NCBI GenBank assembly: GCA_030549895.1
Contig: JAUQQM010000004.1
Coordinates: 1-47,462, forward strand
Reading direction: 5' to 3'
DNA length: 47,462 nt
Source: Patescibacteria group bacterium
Lineage (GTDB): Bacteria > Patescibacteriota > Minisyncoccia > UBA6257 > HR35
Shown: positions 34,386 through 44,808 of the stretch, piece after piece
Position numbering within the stretch: the stretch's first letter is position 1
How the letters are laid out: the number at the start of each line of letters is the position of its first letter
Made by a program: the position numbers and the translations under genes
Notes under the pieces: generated by a model
Told to the model about the DNA's origin: nothing
Database searches by the model: none
What the model saw: only the letters and a program-made list of their open reading frames with translations

Positions 34386-34563
34386 TTCTCTTGTTTCTTT
34401 TTAAAGTTATTCCTCTAAAATAAAGATGTGCCAAATGCCAGTAATTATAAGTGAAAAGTACCTAAAAATGTAAGTTTTTATTAGCCTTTATTATTAATAT
34501 AGAATTTCTATAACCATTTTGTATCCTGAACGAACTTTTGGATGCTTTATGTTAAAATTAGTT

Positions 34564-34797
34564 ATGAAGAAAATAACTAAATTGAAGGATGCAAAAGAAA
34601 AAACATTAATTTCCTTTATTTTAATTATTTCTTTATTGTTTCTGTTTTACATTTTTCTAAACAATAAGAAAATAAGAGCTGAAATTATTTATTTTTATCC
34701 GCAATCTTGCTTAGGAAGTTTTATTAATCCGGAAAAGGCTCAAGGAGAACCTGAGATTGATAATCAAAGTTTAATTAACGAAACAAACTCAGCTTAG
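34564..34797 (+). CDS. short membrane-anchored hypothetical protein, possibly truncated
   Basis: TM, then FYPQSCLGSFINP; stops early. Confidence 0.4.
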   Translation: MKKITKLKDAKEKTLISFILIISLLFLFYIFLNNKKIRAEIIYFYPQSCLGSFINPEKAQGEPEIDNQSLINETNSA

Positions 34798-34851
34798 AAA
34801 ATTAGATAGTTTTATATTTGCTAATGTTAAAAATTAAAACTATAAAGCATA

Positions 34852-35838
34852 ATGCTTAATCCAGAATTAAAATTAAACCCAAAGATTTTTGAAGAGCCCG
34901 AAGAAAGACCAATAAGAGATGGTTTTGGTGATGCTCTTTTAGAGCTTGGCGAAAAAAATTCAAATGTTGTTGTTTTAACTGCTGATGTAGCTGAATCAAC
35001 AAGAGTTCATAAGTTTGCTGAAAAATGGCCTGAAAAATTTATCGAGTGTGGAATTGCTGAACAAAATATGGCTGGAATTGCTGCTGGATTAGCGGTTTCT
35101 GGAAAAATTGCTTTTATTTCTTCCTATGCTACTTTTTCTCCTGGTAAAAATTGGGAAACAATAAGAACAACAATTATTTATAATAATGCTAATGTTAAAA
35201 TTGCTGGGCATCATGCAGGAATTGCAACTGGTCCAGATGGGGCAACTCATCAGGCAACAGAAGATATTGCTATTATAAGGTGTTTGCCGAATATAAGAGT
35301 AATCTCACCCTGTGACTACTTTGAAGCAAAAAAAGCAACTTTGTATTCAGCTGATATTTATGGGCCTTTTTATTTAAGATTTGTAAGAGAAAAAACACCA
35401 GTTATTACAACTGAAGAGACGCCTTTTAGATTTGGAAAAATAGAATACTTTTGGAAACCAAAAACAGAAAAAGCTGAAATTGCTATTATGGCAACTGGAT
35501 ACTTACTTTACCAAGCACTCCTTGCTGCTAAAGAATTGCAAGAGGAAGGAATAGATGTTTGTGTTTTAAATGTTCATACTATAAAACCATTAGATGAAAA
35601 GACACTTTTAGAAGTTGCAAATAAAGTTAAAGGAATTGTCACGGTTGAAGATCATCAAATTCATGGGGGAATGGGAAGTGCTATTGCAGAGTTTTTAGCT
35701 AAAACAAAACCACTAAGAATTGAATTTATTGGTCTTCAAAACACTTTTGGGGAATCTGGAAATATTAAAGACTTAATTAAAAAATATGGCCTCGATAAAG
35801 AATCAATCAAAAGTGCAGTTAAAAAACTGTTATCTTAA
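34852..35838 (+). CDS. transketolase, C-terminal subunit
   Basis: GIAEQNM.G.AAGLA, GPDGATHQ, TIKPLD, EDHQ..GGMG. Confidence 0.95.
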   Translation: MLNPELKLNPKIFEEPEERPIRDGFGDALLELGEKNSNVVVLTADVAESTRVHKFAEKWPEKFIECGIAEQNMAGIAAGLAVSGKIAFISSYATFSPGKNWETIRTTIIYNNANVKIAGHHAGIATGPDGATHQATEDIAIIRCLPNIRVISPCDYFEAKKATLYSADIYGPFYLRFVREKTPVITTEETPFRFGKIEYFWKPKTEKAEIAIMATGYLLYQALLAAKELQEEGIDVCVLNVHTIKPLDEKTLLEVANKVKGIVTVEDHQIHGGMGSAIAEFLAKTKPLRIEFIGLQNTFGESGNIKDLIKKYGLDKESIKSAVKKLLS

Positions 35839-35867
35839 AATAAAATTTTCAAAAGTTATAACTTACC

Positions 35868-36837
35868 CTAACTTTTTGGCTGAATAACTAATCTATTTTT
35901 TTCTTTTCTGGCTTCGGTTCCTAATTTTTTACAAAGCAATCTCATTTTTTTATAATTATTTCCTTTTCTTTTCTAGCTAGTTTTGCTTGGAAATTTTCAA
36001 TTATTGTTGGGTAAAGCTCTAAATATTCCTTAGAGCTAATTTTATTATAGATAAAAATAAAACTTTCATCGTTTCTTTCAATTTCATCAACTGCGTAATC
36101 ATCGACAAAGTCGCCAGCACTATATAAAATAAACTTATTTTTGTAAATCTCAATCCCACGAAAAATATGGGGTGAATGTCCAAAAACAAAATCAGCACCA
36201 CAATCAATAAACTTGTGAGCAAAATAAATATGCTCTTTTAATGGTTCATAACCCCAATTTGGTCCCCAATGAGCTGAAACAATTAAAAAATCTACGACTT
36301 TTTTTGTTTTTTAATAAGCTTAAATAAATAGTCAATATTTTTCCCATTTTTTCTAAGTTCAACATAAAATATACCTGGCTTATCTTCTTCTGCTGACGAA
36401 GCTGATTCATTGTCTGTAAAAGCAATAAACCCTATCTTTTTACCTTTTAAATAAAAGACTGCTGGCTGAGAAGCTTCTTTTAAATTTAGACCAGCTCCAC
36501 TATATAAAATTTTATTCTTTTTTAAAATTTCAAGCATCTCTAACAGAGCTTTGTAGCCAAAATCTAAAGAATGATTATTTGCTAGAGAAACTAAATTAAT
36601 ATTTGCAACCTTTAAGACTTTTACATTTTTAGCATCTGAACGAAAATGAAAAACTTTTGGTGTTAGTGACCAAGGTTGACCTTTATCAGAGATAACACAT
36701 TCTAAATTACAAATTTTTAAATCAGCTTTTTTAAGTATTTCTAAAGTATTACCCCATATATATTCAGGCTTTTCTTTCTTTAAAATCTCATTTACTAGTC
36801 TTCCTAACATTACATCACCTAAAAAAACAATTCTCAT
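35868..36837 (-). pseudogene. CapA/poly-gamma-glutamate synthesis family metallophosphatase-fold protein with two homopolymer frameshifts
   Basis: GDVMLGR, NLEC, ANNH..DFG; after a shift near 36300 continues VVDFLIVSAHWGPNW...GHSPH...YSAGDFVDDY; after a second shift near 35948 MRLLCKKLGT...*. Pseudogene or assembly error. Confidence 0.8.
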
Positions 36838-36846
36838 AGTTAAAAT

Positions 36847-37578
36847 TTAACTCTTTAACAATTTTTTCATGTAAAGAGCATTTTGAACTGCGTAACCACT
36901 AAAATCATTGTTAAAGTAAATATAAAGTTCTTTAGGTTTTAATTTTTTAAGATTTTTAGACCATTCTTCTAGCTCGTTATCTTTGTAGAGTGAAGCAAAA
37001 ATTTTTGGTTTTCCATGAAATCTAACATAAACAAAGCTAGAAGTTTTAATAATCTTAGTTGGCCAACGAGGTGAATCAGAAATTACAAAACTAACCTTAT
37101 ATTTTTTTAAAATTCTATATACACTAGGTTTAAGCCAACTTTTATTTCTAAACTCAAGAGCAAATTTTAGATTAAACTTCTTTAAAATATCTAAAAATTT
37201 TTGAAGAGTTTTTAAATCAGCCTTCAAGCTTGGTGGAAGTTGAATTACTATTGGCCCAAGATTTTCTTTTAATTCTTTAAAAGAATTAACTGTTTCTTTT
37301 AAAATTTTTAGATCATCTTTTTTAAGTTTTAACCTTCTAAAGTGAGTGAAAAGTCTGTGAAGTTTTAAAGAAAATATAAAATTTTTATTTCTTACTATAT
37401 CTTTCCACTTTAAAAAAGTCTTTGTTTTTTGAAAATGATAAAATGTTGTATTTATTTCAACAGTATTAAAATTTTCTGCATAAAATTTAAGCATCTCATC
37501 TGATTTTATATTTTCAGGATAAAATATCCCTTTCCAATGCCAATATTGCCAACCAGAAGTACCAATAAAGACTTTCAT
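36847..37578 (-). CDS. DUF72 family protein
   Basis: IGTSGWQY.HW...FYP, VEINTTFY, QLPPS, EFRN.SW, YVRFHG, YFNND..G.A..NA. Confidence 0.92.
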   Translation of the reverse strand: MKVFIGTSGWQYWHWKGIFYPENIKSDEMLKFYAENFNTVEINTTFYHFQKTKTFLKWKDIVRNKNFIFSLKLHRLFTHFRRLKLKKDDLKILKETVNSFKELKENLGPIVIQLPPSLKADLKTLQKFLDILKKFNLKFALEFRNKSWLKPSVYRILKKYKVSFVISDSPRWPTKIIKTSSFVYVRFHGKPKIFASLYKDNELEEWSKNLKKLKPKELYIYFNNDFSGYAVQNALYMKKLLKS

Positions 37579-37608
37579 AAATTTATTATATGTGAGATAA
37601 TTAAAATT

Positions 37609-38544
37609 ATGAAGATTTTAGAAAATATTAAATTAGACCAATTCACTAGTTTTAAAATAGGTGGGGTGGCAAGATATTTTGTTGAGCTCTCAAGTAAAGA
37701 AGATTTGGAAAAATTTTTAGAGTGGAAGCAGAAAGTTAATTTACCTATATTTGTCTTAGGTGGTGGGACAAATATCCTCGCTGATGATTTTAGGGGAATA
37801 ATTTTAAAACCAAAATTTGAACACATAGAAAGAATTGAAGAGACAAAATTAGTTGTTGGTTCGGGAGTTTTAGTCAGCGACCTTTTAAATAAAGTAATTG
37901 AATTTTCGCTAAAAGGACTTGAATGGGCTGGAGGATTGCCAGGAACTGTTGGTGGAGCTATTGAAGGTGGTGTTGGTTGTTTCGGAGGTGAATTTAAAAA
38001 TTTAGTTTTTAAAGTAAAAACTTTAAATCTTGAAAATGGAAATATAGAAAATTTCAAAAAGGAAGAATGTATGTTTGAATATAGAAACTCTATTTTTAGA
38101 AAAGAAAGAAAATGGTTAATTATTGAGGCAACTTTAGAATTTGTTTCTTATCCCTTTAAAGATGAACTGAAAGAAATTGCTCAAGAAAAAATAAATTATA
38201 GAAAAGAAAAACATCCTTTAGAGTATCCTAATGCTGGAAGTATTTTTAAAAATATACCTTTTGAAAAAGCACCAAAAGTAGTTCAAAACTTAGCTTTAGA
38301 AAAAAATAAAGTAAAAAATGATCCATTTAAACTAATTCCAATTGGTTTTTTAATTGCTGAGGCTGGATTGGTAGGTAAAAGAATTGGGGATGCTCAAGTT
38401 TCTCAAAAACATGCAAATTTCATAGTCAATTTAGGAAAAGCAAGTTTTAGTGATGTTTATAATTTAATTGAATATATAAAAAAGACTATAGAAGATAAAT
38501 TTAGTATTAGTCCTGAGCTAGAAATTCAAATAATTAAATGTTAA
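37609..38544 (+). CDS. murB: UDP-N-acetylenolpyruvoylglucosamine reductase
   Basis: FKIGG.A, LGGGTN, GLE...GLPGTVGGA, YRNS, NAGSIFKN, HANFIVN. ATG at 37609 avoids overlap with DUF72. Confidence 0.95.
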   Translation: MKILENIKLDQFTSFKIGGVARYFVELSSKEDLEKFLEWKQKVNLPIFVLGGGTNILADDFRGIILKPKFEHIERIEETKLVVGSGVLVSDLLNKVIEFSLKGLEWAGGLPGTVGGAIEGGVGCFGGEFKNLVFKVKTLNLENGNIENFKKEECMFEYRNSIFRKERKWLIIEATLEFVSYPFKDELKEIAQEKINYRKEKHPLEYPNAGSIFKNIPFEKAPKVVQNLALEKNKVKNDPFKLIPIGFLIAEAGLVGKRIGDAQVSQKHANFIVNLGKASFSDVYNLIEYIKKTIEDKFSISPELEIQIIKC

Positions 38545-38553
38545 AATAAAAAA

Positions 38554-40140
38554 ATGGCTAGTCTTATAGATGAAATAAGAAATAGAATAGATTTAGTCGA
38601 ATTAATTTCAGAATATCTAAACCTCAAGAAAGTAGGAAGTTCCTATAGAGCTCTTTGTCCATTTCATGCAGAAAAAACACCATCTTTTTATGTTTCTCCT
38701 CAAAAGCAAATATGGAAATGTTTTGGTTGTAATAGAGGAGGTGAACATTTTAAATTTTTAATGGAGTACGAACATATTGACTTTAAAGAAGCCTTAAAAA
38801 TTTTAGCCCAAAAAGCAGGAATTGAGCTTAAAAAAATTCCAAAAGAAATAAAAACAAAAATAGATGAAATATTAGAAGTTCATAGAATTGCAGCGAAATT
38901 CTTTCAAGAAAAGCTCCAATTAAAAAAAGAAATTATAGAATATCTCAAAAAGAGAGGACTAAAAAATGAAACAATTGAAGAATTCCAAATAGGTTGGGCT
39001 GAAGGAAATCTTCCGGATTTTCTTTTAAATCTTGGATTTGAAAAATCAACTTTAATTGATAGTGGTATTTTTTATGAGAAAGATTTTGAGCTTTTCAATA
39101 GATTTGAAAAAAGAATAATTTTTCCTATAAAAAATTCAAAGGGATTAATTGTTGCTTTTTCTGGTAGAAGTCTTGATGAAGAACCAAAATATCTTAATAG
39201 CCCTGATACACTTATATTTAAGAAAGGTGAAAATTTTTATGGAATTAATTTAAGTTTGCCTTTTATAAAAGAAAGTAAAGAAGTTTTTTTAGTCGAAGGA
39301 TTTTTTGACTTAATTTTAGCTTGGCAAAGCGGAATAAAAAACATTTTAGCAATTTTAGGAACAGCTCTTACTCCTTATCAAGTTAAAATTCTTAAAAGAT
39401 ATATAAATAAAATAATATTTTCTTTTGATAACGATGAAGGTGGGGAAATGGCAACTTTGAGAAGTGCTATTTTAGTAGGGCAAACAAATATTAAAATGGA
39501 AAGAGCTGTTTATGAAAAAAAAGATTTAGGCGAATTTTTGCTTGACCATAAAGCTGAAGAAATTTTAAGGGAAGATCTTCTTGATTTTTGGTTAAAAAGA
39601 AAAGAGACTAAAACTTTAATGGAAATTTTACCAATCTTTTTGGCTAGTCTTTCAGATATTGCTTTAAGAGTAGAATATTTGAAAAAAATACAACAATATG
39701 ATATAATAAAGATTGAATGGCTTATAGAAGCTATAGAAAGAGTTAAAAAACAAATACCTAAAATTCAAGTAACTGAAGAATTACCAACCACCCAAAAAGC
39801 ACCAGAAAGAAGAAGATATGATCTTTTAGTAGAGTCAATTATAAGCATCTCTTATGGGTTAGGGAAAAAAGATTTAATCGAAGAGATTAAAGAATTCTTG
39901 CCTGAAAATCTTGAATCTTATGAAGATTTATGGGAAATGAGATTCGAATATGAAAAATCATTAAACAACAATCTTGAAGGTTATCTTGAACATCTTATAA
40001 GAGAACTTAAAAAAGAATTTTACAGAAATAAAATTAAGGAAATTTCTCAGCAACAGTTAGATGAAGGAAAAGTAAAATCAATAATGGAGCTAACTAAAAA
40101 ACTGCAAAAAATCTATGAAGAAGAAAAAAGAAAAAAATAA
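38554..40140 (+). CDS. dnaG: DNA primase
   Basis: CPFH.EKTPSF...CFGC zinc finger, PKYLNSP, VEGFFD, FDNDEGG TOPRIM. Confidence 0.96.
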   Translation: MASLIDEIRNRIDLVELISEYLNLKKVGSSYRALCPFHAEKTPSFYVSPQKQIWKCFGCNRGGEHFKFLMEYEHIDFKEALKILAQKAGIELKKIPKEIKTKIDEILEVHRIAAKFFQEKLQLKKEIIEYLKKRGLKNETIEEFQIGWAEGNLPDFLLNLGFEKSTLIDSGIFYEKDFELFNRFEKRIIFPIKNSKGLIVAFSGRSLDEEPKYLNSPDTLIFKKGENFYGINLSLPFIKESKEVFLVEGFFDLILAWQSGIKNILAILGTALTPYQVKILKRYINKIIFSFDNDEGGEMATLRSAILVGQTNIKMERAVYEKKDLGEFLLDHKAEEILREDLLDFWLKRKETKTLMEILPIFLASLSDIALRVEYLKKIQQYDIIKIEWLIEAIERVKKQIPKIQVTEELPTTQKAPERRRYDLLVESIISISYGLGKKDLIEEIKEFLPENLESYEDLWEMRFEYEKSLNNNLEGYLEHLIRELKKEFYRNKIKEISQQQLDEGKVKSIMELTKKLQKIYEEEKRKK

Positions 40141-41236
40141 AAAAACTAAAAGTAGAAAGAAAAACGAAAAAAAATATATTGTTTTGGATGAAAAAACTAA
40201 AGAAAAAATTTCTGAGTTAATAAACAAGGGTAAAGAAAGGGGATTTATCACTGATGATGATATTTTACACTTCTTTCCAGATATAGAACAGAATTTATAT
40301 ATCTTAGAAGAAATATACAATCAAGCTGAAACAAGTAACATAGAAGTAAAAAGTTCTCACCAATTTTTTGAAGAAGAACCGCCATTTTTAGATCTTGAAA
40401 TGGAAAAAGAATTAGGTGATGCTATTCAAAATTATCTTAAAGAAATAAACAGATATCCACTGTTAAGCTATGAAGAAGAACAAGAATTAGCTAAAAAAGC
40501 AGCTAAAGGAGATAAAGAAGCAAGAGAAAGACTAATAAAGTCTAACTTAAGATTAGTAGTAAGTATAGCAAAAAAATATTGGCATCAAAAAACTAATTTA
40601 AGCTTTATGGATCTTATTCAAGAAGGTAATATAGGACTGACAAAAGCAGTAGATAGATTCGACTGGAAAAAGGGTTATAAATTTTCTACTTATGCAACTT
40701 GGTGGATAAGACAAGCAATCTCAAGAGCTATAGCTGATCATGCAAGAACAGTAAGACTTCCAGTTCATGTTGTTGAGGTTCTTTATAAGCTTAATAAAAT
40801 AAAAAAAGAAATAGAACAAATTTTAGGTAGAGAGCCAACTCCAGAAGAATTAGCAAAAGAATCAGGTATACCTCTTTCCAAAGTAAGGAAATTGATAATC
40901 TATGCAAAAGAAACAGCCTCCTTGGACGCTCCTCTTACTGAAGGAAGTGAACTTAAAATAAAGGATATTGTTTATGATCCTAATATGAATCCAGAAATGT
41001 ATGCTCAATATCAAAAAATTAAAGAAGTTATTAATGAAGCACTTCAAGACCTTCCAGAAAGAGAAAGAAAAGTTTTAGAGTTAAGATTTGGGCTTAAAGA
41101 TGGAGAACCAAAAACTCTTGAAGAAGTTGGAAGAATATTTGGAGTTACTCGAGAAAGAATAAGACAAATAGAATTAAAAATTTTAGAGAAGCTTAAAAAT
41201 AATGAAAAAATTAAAAAATTAAAGTTTCCTTTATAA
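40115..41236 (+). CDS. rpoD: primary RNA polymerase sigma factor
   Basis: [53 protein letters not shown]; follows dnaG. Confidence 0.95.
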   Translation: MKKKKEKNKKTKSRKKNEKKYIVLDEKTKEKISELINKGKERGFITDDDILHFFPDIEQNLYILEEIYNQAETSNIEVKSSHQFFEEEPPFLDLEMEKELGDAIQNYLKEINRYPLLSYEEEQELAKKAAKGDKEARERLIKSNLRLVVSIAKKYWHQKTNLSFMDLIQEGNIGLTKAVDRFDWKKGYKFSTYATWWIRQAISRAIADHARTVRLPVHVVEVLYKLNKIKKEIEQILGREPTPEELAKESGIPLSKVRKLIIYAKETASLDAPLTEGSELKIKDIVYDPNMNPEMYAQYQKIKEVINEALQDLPERERKVLELRFGLKDGEPKTLEEVGRIFGVTRERIRQIELKILEKLKNNEKIKKLKFPL

Positions 41237-41683
41237 AATTTCTAAAATTTTATAAGAGAAATCTTTATCGCCTACAGCGTACTTAACAACATCTCCAATT
41301 TTTTTACCTATTAAAACTTTTCCCAAAGGAGAATTTTCTGAAATTTTACCATTAACAGGATCAACTTCTCCATAACCAACTATTTCTACTTCAAGAGTTT
41401 TATTTGTTTTAAGATCTAAAAGTTTGACTTTATTTCCAACATTAACATAATTGTTATCCTTAGTTGAAATTATCTGGGCATTTTCAATTATTTTTTTAAT
41501 TTCTAATATTCTCCGTTCAAGCTTCATTTGCTCTTCTTTTGAAATTGAATATTCTGCATTCTCGCTTAAATCTCCATGACTAGCAGCTGCTTTTAGCATT
41601 TCAGCTATTTTTTTTCTTCCTTCAGTCTCTAGATATTCAAGTTCTTCTTTCAATTTTTGGTATTGTTCTTTTGATATTTTCAT
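41231..41683 (-). CDS. greA: transcription elongation factor GreA
   Basis: [20 protein letters not shown]; ATG at 41683 preferred. Confidence 0.94.
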   Translation of the reverse strand: MKISKEQYQKLKEELEYLETEGRKKIAEMLKAAASHGDLSENAEYSISKEEQMKLERRILEIKKIIENAQIISTKDNNYVNVGNKVKLLDLKTNKTLEVEIVGYGEVDPVNGKISENSPLGKVLIGKKIGDVVKYAVGDKDFSYKILEIL

Positions 41684-41795
41684 AATATTTTTCAAATGGT
41701 CTAATAAATTTAAAATAAAGCTCAAAAATTTTAAGTTTTTAGGTTATAATATTAAAATATTAACATAGATTTTTAAAATTTCAAGTCTTCTAACT

Positions 41796-42812
41796 ATGAC
41801 AAGAGTAATTGTTCTTCTTTCAGGCGGAGTTGATTCCTCGGTTAGTGCTCTTTTATTAAAAAGAGCTGGTTTTGATGTAGTCGGAGTTCATTTAAGAATG
41901 ACAAGCCTTAATAATTGTAGTTTTCAGGATTGGCTTGATGCAAAATCAGTTGCTCAACAATTAGAAATACCCCTTTACACCATAGATATTGAAGACGAGT
42001 ATAGAAAACTTATAATGGAAAAAACAATAAAAGACTATGAAAGAGGGATAACTCCTAACCCTGATGTTTTATGTAACTCTGAAATAAAGTTTGGGTATGT
42101 TTTTGAAAAACTTCTAAGAAATTCTGATGATTTTATCGCTACGGGACATTATGCAAAAAATATTGACGGTCTTATTAGACTGCCAAAAGATCTCCAAAAA
42201 GATCAAACATATTTTCTTTGGAAAATAAAAAAAGAAATTTTACCCAGGATAATTTTTCCTTTAGGAGATCTTTTAAAAAGTGAGGTAAGAAAAATAGCAA
42301 AAGAAAACAATCTTATTGTAGCTGATAAAAAAGATAGTCAAGGTCTTTGTTTTGTTGGCAAAATAAAATTTAGAGATTTCCTTAAAAGTTTTCTCCCTCC
42401 AAAAGAGGGTCCTGTTTATGACACCTATGGAAATCTTATAGGAAAACATTATGGTCATTTTTATTATACTCTTGGCCAAAGACATGGATTTTTAGCGCCT
42501 CAGGGTCCATGGTATGTTGCTAACAAAGATCCTGAAAAAAATGTTCTTGTGGTAGCAAAAGAAGGAGATGAAGCTTTAACTAAAAAAGAAATCTTTTATG
42601 AGGAAGAAAATTATTTTATTGAACTTAAAGAGAATCAAGATGTTTTAGTGAAAATAAGATATAGAAATGAATTTTTACCAGCAAAAATTTATCCTCGAGA
42701 AAAAAGAGTAATTCTTAAAAAAAAGGCTAAAGTTCCAACACCAGGACAATCAATAGTTTTTTATAAAGATTCAATTTTAGTTGGTGGGGGAATAATAAAA
42801 GAAGCTTTATAA
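41796..42812 (+). CDS. mnmA: tRNA 2-thiouridylase
   Basis: LSGGVDSSV, TPNPDVLCN..IKF, ATGHYA, KDQTYFL, KKDSQGLCF, TPGQ. Confidence 0.96.
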   Translation: MTRVIVLLSGGVDSSVSALLLKRAGFDVVGVHLRMTSLNNCSFQDWLDAKSVAQQLEIPLYTIDIEDEYRKLIMEKTIKDYERGITPNPDVLCNSEIKFGYVFEKLLRNSDDFIATGHYAKNIDGLIRLPKDLQKDQTYFLWKIKKEILPRIIFPLGDLLKSEVRKIAKENNLIVADKKDSQGLCFVGKIKFRDFLKSFLPPKEGPVYDTYGNLIGKHYGHFYYTLGQRHGFLAPQGPWYVANKDPEKNVLVVAKEGDEALTKKEIFYEEENYFIELKENQDVLVKIRYRNEFLPAKIYPREKRVILKKKAKVPTPGQSIVFYKDSILVGGGIIKEAL

Positions 42813-44152
42813 TGGAAAAGTTTAAAGAAATTACTGATTTTAAAAATAAAAAAGTTTTAATAATGGGTTTAGGAATAAATGGGGGAGGGGTTGGCTCGGC
42901 TGAATTTTTTGCTACAATTGGATCAAAAGTAACTGTTACCGACCTTAAAACAGAAAAAGAACTAAAAAAATCTATTAAAAAATTAGAAAAATTTCCTCAG
43001 ATAAAATATGTTCTTGGTAAACATAAAGAAGAAGACTTTAAAAATAACGACTTAATAATTAAAAATCCTGCTGTACCACAAAATTCACCATTTTTGAAAA
43101 TAGCAAAGAAATATAAAATACCCATTCATACTGAAGCTAGTCTTTATTTTCTTTTAACACCTAGCTATACCATAGGGGTAACGGGTACTAAAGGTAAAAG
43201 TACAACTTCAAATTTTATTTATAGAATTTTAAGGAAAAAATATAGCGCAAGATTAATCGGAAATATTGGAGTAAGTCTTCTTAAAAGTTTATTAACTTTA
43301 AAAGCAAAAGATATCGTTATAGCTGAACTTTCAAGTTGGCAAACAGAAAGTCTTATTTTCGCAAAAAAATCTCCTCAAATAGCAATAATTACTAACATTA
43401 AAAAAGATCATCTCAATACTTATAAAAGCTTTTTTGACTATAAAAAAGCAAAGTTTTTGATAGCTAAATGGCAAAATAAAGAAGATGAACTTCTTTTAAA
43501 TATATCTCTTAAAAAAGACTATCAAAAATTTGCTCGCCTGTTAAAAATCAAAAGTAAGGTAAGTTTTTATAGCTATAAAAAAAGCTTTGAAAGAAAATTA
43601 AAGAAGTTTGGTTTTAATTTTTATGGAAAGGGTATGGTGGAAAATGCTATTTGTGCCTATAAAATTGGAAAAATTTTTGGTTTAAAAGATGATGTCATAT
43701 TTAAAACTTTAAGTAAAATAAAGCCACTTTTTGGTAGACTCCAACTAATAAAAATAAAAAATGGAGTTAAATGGATAAATGATACTTGCAGTACAAATCC
43801 ATTTTCAACAAAAATTTCTCTTTCTTCCTTTAAAAATAAAATTATTCTTATTAGTGGAGGAACTGATAAAGAATTAGAATTTAGCGAATTAGCAAAAGTT
43901 ATAAGAAAAAAAGTAAAAAAACTAATTTTAATTCCTGGTTCAGCTACAGAAAAACTTAAAAAAGAGTTAAAAAAAGTAAACTATAAATTTGAAGAAGTCA
44001 AAAATTTAAAAGAAGCTATTTTAGTTGCTAAAAACTATGCCAGGGAAAACGATATTGTTCTTTTCTCACCAGCTTCAGCATCTTTTGAGCTTTTTAAAAA
44101 TGAATTTCATAGAGGAAGACAATTTGTAGCTCTAGTAAAAAAGCTAGTATGA
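42812..44152 (+). CDS. murD: UDP-N-acetylmuramoyl-L-alanine--D-glutamate ligase
   Basis: GVTGTKGKSTT, GNIG, ELSSWQ, DHLN, GG.DK, FSPA.ASF..F.N...RG..F. Confidence 0.93.
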   Translation: MEKFKEITDFKNKKVLIMGLGINGGGVGSAEFFATIGSKVTVTDLKTEKELKKSIKKLEKFPQIKYVLGKHKEEDFKNNDLIIKNPAVPQNSPFLKIAKKYKIPIHTEASLYFLLTPSYTIGVTGTKGKSTTSNFIYRILRKKYSARLIGNIGVSLLKSLLTLKAKDIVIAELSSWQTESLIFAKKSPQIAIITNIKKDHLNTYKSFFDYKKAKFLIAKWQNKEDELLLNISLKKDYQKFARLLKIKSKVSFYSYKKSFERKLKKFGFNFYGKGMVENAICAYKIGKIFGLKDDVIFKTLSKIKPLFGRLQLIKIKNGVKWINDTCSTNPFSTKISLSSFKNKIILISGGTDKELEFSELAKVIRKKVKKLILIPGSATEKLKKELKKVNYKFEEVKNLKEAILVAKNYARENDIVLFSPASASFELFKNEFHRGRQFVALVKKLV

Positions 44153-44808
44153 AACTTAAAAGAGACTTTTTTGTTAAAAATACTCTTTTGGTTGCTAAAA
44201 ATCTTCTTGGAAAAATAATAGTTAGAAAATTTAACAACCAGCTAATAAAAGGGAAAATAGTTGAAACTGAAGCTTATATTGGTCCATGGGACTTAGCTTC
44301 TCACGCAAGATTTTCCAAGCAAAGTGAAAAAGAAAAATTAAAAATTTTAGATAAATTATATCCAAAAATAAAAAATAAAATCGAAAATTGGAATCTCTTT
44401 AAGAAAAGAGTTTTATCTTTAGAAATAAAAATTACTGAAAGAAATATAGCTGAATTTTTAACTGGTGGTCATATCTACATTTATTTTATTTATGGGAAAT
44501 ATTTTCAATTAAATATCACAACTTACAAAGAAGGTTATCCTGAATGTGTCCTTTTAAGAGCACTTGAACCAATAACAAAATCAAAAATAATTCCAAATGG
44601 ACCAGGTAAACTTTGTCAATATCTTAAGCTAGATAAAAGTTTTCTTTTTGAGGATCTAACTTCAAGTAAAAGAATATGGATAGAAGACTCAAAAATCCCT
44701 TATAAGGTTGTTTGTGCTAAAAGGATAGGAATTGAGTATGCCAAAGGAGACAAACTTTTACCTTGGAGATTTTATATAAAAGACAATAAATTTGTCTCTA
44801 AACAATAA
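44149..44808 (+). CDS. DNA-3-methyladenine glycosylase (MPG/AAG family)
   Basis: IVETEAY.G..D.ASH, YIYFIYG, VLLRALEP, NGPGKLC, RIGI, PWRF. Confidence 0.92.
   Translation: MKLKRDFFVKNTLLVAKNLLGKIIVRKFNNQLIKGKIVETEAYIGPWDLASHARFSKQSEKEKLKILDKLYPKIKNKIENWNLFKKRVLSLEIKITERNIAEFLTGGHIYIYFIYGKYFQLNITTYKEGYPECVLLRALEPITKSKIIPNGPGKLCQYLKLDKSFLFEDLTSSKRIWIEDSKIPYKVVCAKRIGIEYAKGDKLLPWRFYIKDNKFVSKQ

Noticed and set aside
36019-36222. 67-aa minus-strand ORF
   Set aside because: Alternative frame within the frameshifted capA-like C-terminal half.
5385-42485. Short antisense/overlapping ORFs in the track (e.g. 5385-5609, 7575-7931, 8375-8602, 13623-13841, 17153-17515, 22383-22694, 37575-38057, 40090-40320, 42273-42485)
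   Set aside because: They are shadows of well-supported genes on the opposite strand and have no recognisable motifs.
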